DNA of 64,000 nt from Myxococcales bacterium (lineage in GTDB: Bacteria > Myxococcota_A > UBA9042 > JABWCM01 > BTVJ01): NCBI GenBank assembly GCA_045863395.1, contig BTVJ01000034.1:1-64000 (forward strand), in the 5' to 3' direction. The position numbers were made by a program, and so were the translations under genes. A model generated the notes under the pieces. That model ran no database searches, was not told where the DNA came from, and saw nothing but the letters and a program-made list of their open reading frames with translations. Within the stretch, counting starts at the first letter, position 1; each line of letters begins with the position of its first letter. Positions 61,726 through 64,000 of this stretch are shown here, piece by piece.

Positions 61726-62022
61726 ATGAGCACCACCCGACCCCTCGGCCCCAAGGGTCTGCCCGAGCTTGCGCCCACCCGCCAGACCGCAGTGACCGTG
61801 CCCGCCTCCGAGCCGCAGAGCGGCGACGAGGCCCCTGCGCACGTCGCCGACAGCGTGGGGAGGGTGCAGCAGACGCTGATCGCTGGCCGCGAGCACGTCG
61901 CCCGGGCGGACGCGCAGTTGCTGGCGGAGCTGAAGGAGGCCATCAAGAGCGGCACGTTCAAGGTGAACGTGGACGAGCTGGCGGAGCGGCTGATCGCCGA
62001 CGCCTTTGGAGACGATGGGTGA
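61726..62022 (+). CDS. flgM: Anti-sigma-28 factor FlgM
   Basis: C-terminal ELKEAIKSGTFKVN..ELAERL; GGAGG SD. Confidence 0.85.
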   Translation: MSTTRPLGPKGLPELAPTRQTAVTVPASEPQSGDEAPAHVADSVGRVQQTLIAGREHVARADAQLLAELKEAIKSGTFKVNVDELAERLIADAFGDDG

Positions 62023-62519
62023 TAGCGGTCGGAGAGCTGGTGCAGGTGCTCGATGAGCAGACGGCGCTCGTCGACGAGCTGATCGAGGTTGCGGAGCGAG
62101 AGCGGGCGCACCTCATCGCGTTCGAGCCCCACCGGATCCAGGCGTGCGTGGAGGAGAAGCGGGCGCTGCTCGAGCGGGAGCGGGCGCTGGAGGAGCGGCG
62201 GCAGGTCGCGCTGGCGTCGGTGCTGGACGCGCTGGGCGTTTCTGCGGAGGACGCGGAGACCGTGGACGACCTGGCCGCCCTGCTGCCCTCCCATGGGGGC
62301 GAATTGCGGGAGAGCGCTGCGAGACTGCGGGAGCGGGTCCAAGCGCTCGGCGCCCACCACGCCATCAATCAGGAGCACACGGAGCGCGCCCTGCGCTGGG
62401 TGAACGCCTACGTGGGCGTCCTGCGGGGGGCCGCCGAACCCACCCCCACCAACAGATACGCGCCAAGCGGCCGCACAGCGACGGGGGGCACCGCGCCCAC
62501 CGTCAACCGTCGCGCATAG
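62019..62519 (+). CDS. flgN: Flagellar chaperone FlgN
   Basis: Helical protein between flgM and flgK; C-terminal YAPSG motif; GTGA overlap. Confidence 0.8.
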   Translation: MIAVGELVQVLDEQTALVDELIEVAERERAHLIAFEPHRIQACVEEKRALLERERALEERRQVALASVLDALGVSAEDAETVDDLAALLPSHGGELRESAARLRERVQALGAHHAINQEHTERALRWVNAYVGVLRGAAEPTPTNRYAPSGRTATGGTAPTVNRRA

Positions 62520-62530
62520 GAGCCCCCCAC

Positions 62531-63919
62531 GTGGCGATCACGACCATCCAGGAGATCCTGAGCCTCGGCAAGAGCGGCCTGAACGCGAGCAAGAACCTGC
62601 TCGGGCTCACGTCGCAGAACGTCGCCAACGTGGGGACGCCCGGGTACTCGCGGCAGCGCATGAACCTGGCGAACGCTGCGGTGCTGGGACTCGGCGTGGT
62701 CGCCGGGAACCCGCAAGCCGTGCGAAATGCGTTCACGTTCAAGGCGCTGCTCAACGCCAGCGGCAGCAAGGGGAGCTACGACGGGCAGCTCGCCGCGCTG
62801 AGCCTGGTCGAGCCGGTGGTCAACGAGCTGGACGGGGTCGGGCTCCAGGCGGCGCTCAACAAGTTCCTGGAGTCGCTCGGCCAGGTGAGCGCCAACCCGA
62901 GCGGCGACCCGGAGCGCATCCAGCTCATCCAGGCGTCGAAGGGCCTCGCGGGCCAGTTCAAGGTGGCGGCGCAGGGCCTCCAGGACGCGGCGAGCGGCGC
63001 GGCGAACCAGGTCAAGCAGACGGCGGAGCAGGTCAACCAGAAGCTGAAGGACATCGCGAAGCTCAACGCGCAGATCGAGGGGCTGACCAGCACGAACCAG
63101 AACGCCAACGCCCTGATCGACCAGCGGGACAAGCTGCTGAGCGAGCTGTCTGAGCTGGTGTCGGTGCAGGTGGTCCACGAGGGCGACGGCACGGTCAACA
63201 TCTTCGCGGCGGGCGGGCGCCCGCTGGTGGAGGGCCTCAAGGCGAGCGAGCTGGTCGTGTCGGGGCCCGACGGGGCCGGGGTGATCTCCGTTCAGGTCAA
63301 GAAGCCCAACGGGGTGCTGGTCGATCCGCTGGCGCCCTTCGGGGGCAAGCTGGGAGGGCTGATCGGTGCGTATGATCAGGAGATCCTCCCCGCCATCGAG
63401 AAGCTCGACGAGATGGCCTTCCAGTTCATGAACGCGTTCAACGCCCAGCACCAGGTCGGCTTCGGCAAGGACGGGACGACCGGGCAGCTCTACTGGGAGC
63501 CGGTGGTCGTGCAGCAGGGCGCGGCCTTCAACGTGAAGCTGGCCGCGGCCATCGAGACCAACCCCAACGCCATCGCGGCGGCGGGGGCGGCGGGGGACCT
63601 CCCCGGGGCGAACGACAACATGCTCCTCCTGATGGCCATCCAGGAGAGCCCGCTCATGGCCGACGGCAGCTCCGTCACCGGCGCCTGGCAGAACCTGGGC
63701 CAGCGCATCGGCTCCGCCATCAACACGGCGAAGGTTGGGGCGCTCACGGACGGGGGCACCATCGACCAGCTCTACGCGCTGCAGCAGGCGGAGAGCGGCG
63801 TGAGCCTCGACGAGGAGATGGTCAACATGATGATCGCGCAGAAGAGCCTTGAGGCCGCGAGCGCGGTGATCCGGACGGCGGACGACATGTTCGACACGAT
63901 CCTGTCCATTGTCCGGTAG
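62531..63919 (+). CDS. flgK: Hook-associated protein 1 FlgK
   Basis: SQNVANVGTPGYSRQR, LIDQRDKLL.ELS, SGVSLDEEM. Confidence 0.93.
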   Translation: MAITTIQEILSLGKSGLNASKNLLGLTSQNVANVGTPGYSRQRMNLANAAVLGLGVVAGNPQAVRNAFTFKALLNASGSKGSYDGQLAALSLVEPVVNELDGVGLQAALNKFLESLGQVSANPSGDPERIQLIQASKGLAGQFKVAAQGLQDAASGAANQVKQTAEQVNQKLKDIAKLNAQIEGLTSTNQNANALIDQRDKLLSELSELVSVQVVHEGDGTVNIFAAGGRPLVEGLKASELVVSGPDGAGVISVQVKKPNGVLVDPLAPFGGKLGGLIGAYDQEILPAIEKLDEMAFQFMNAFNAQHQVGFGKDGTTGQLYWEPVVVQQGAAFNVKLAAAIETNPNAIAAAGAAGDLPGANDNMLLLMAIQESPLMADGSSVTGAWQNLGQRIGSAINTAKVGALTDGGTIDQLYALQQAESGVSLDEEMVNMMIAQKSLEAASAVIRTADDMFDTILSIVR

Positions 63920-63979
63920 GGCGCTACGCTGGTAGGGCCTTAGGTCCGCAGGGGGACTACGAACCAAGAGGAATCGACG

Positions 63980-64000
63980 ATGCGCGTCTCCGACCCGATG
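63980..64000 (+). CDS. flgL: Probable N-terminus of FlgL (truncated by window end)
   Basis: GAGG SD, MRVSDPM start directly after flgK. Confidence 0.55.

Overview
GC-rich bacterial window with a Myxococcota/deltaproteobacterial character. That assignment is inferred from a MYXO-CTERM-like tail, many Cys-rich lipoproteins, a eukaryotic-like Ser/Thr kinase and tandem FadL-like barrels. About 55 CDSs are supportable. Housekeeping genes include hemN, an rlmD-like methyltransferase, NAD kinase, a polar amino-acid ABC transporter, thiC, rlmJ, glyA and tsaE. A ~22 kb tract (29.3-51.6 kb) encodes large Cys-rich, IPT/TIG, C-type-lectin and Gly-rich surface proteins. It is followed by a LeuD-LeuC-type aconitase-family fusion and a sigma-54-driven flagellar operon (flgFGAHIJMNK, start of flgL) with a divergent fliJ-like gene. 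No rRNA, tRNA, CRISPR array or mobile element was seen. Best leads: (i) a switch-like thiC leader that keeps only fragments of the TPP-riboswitch consensus; (ii) a ~130-nt highly paired RNA starting at a predicted TSS upstream of a giant IPT/TIG lipoprotein; (iii) a translationally coupled pair of paralogous GNAT-like unknown proteins, one apparently degenerate; (iv) an unannotated 40-aa membrane protein with its own consensus promoter; (v) flagellar genes in a myxobacterium-like genome; (vi) widespread leaderless gene starts. All product calls come from motif recognition by eye; no searches were run.
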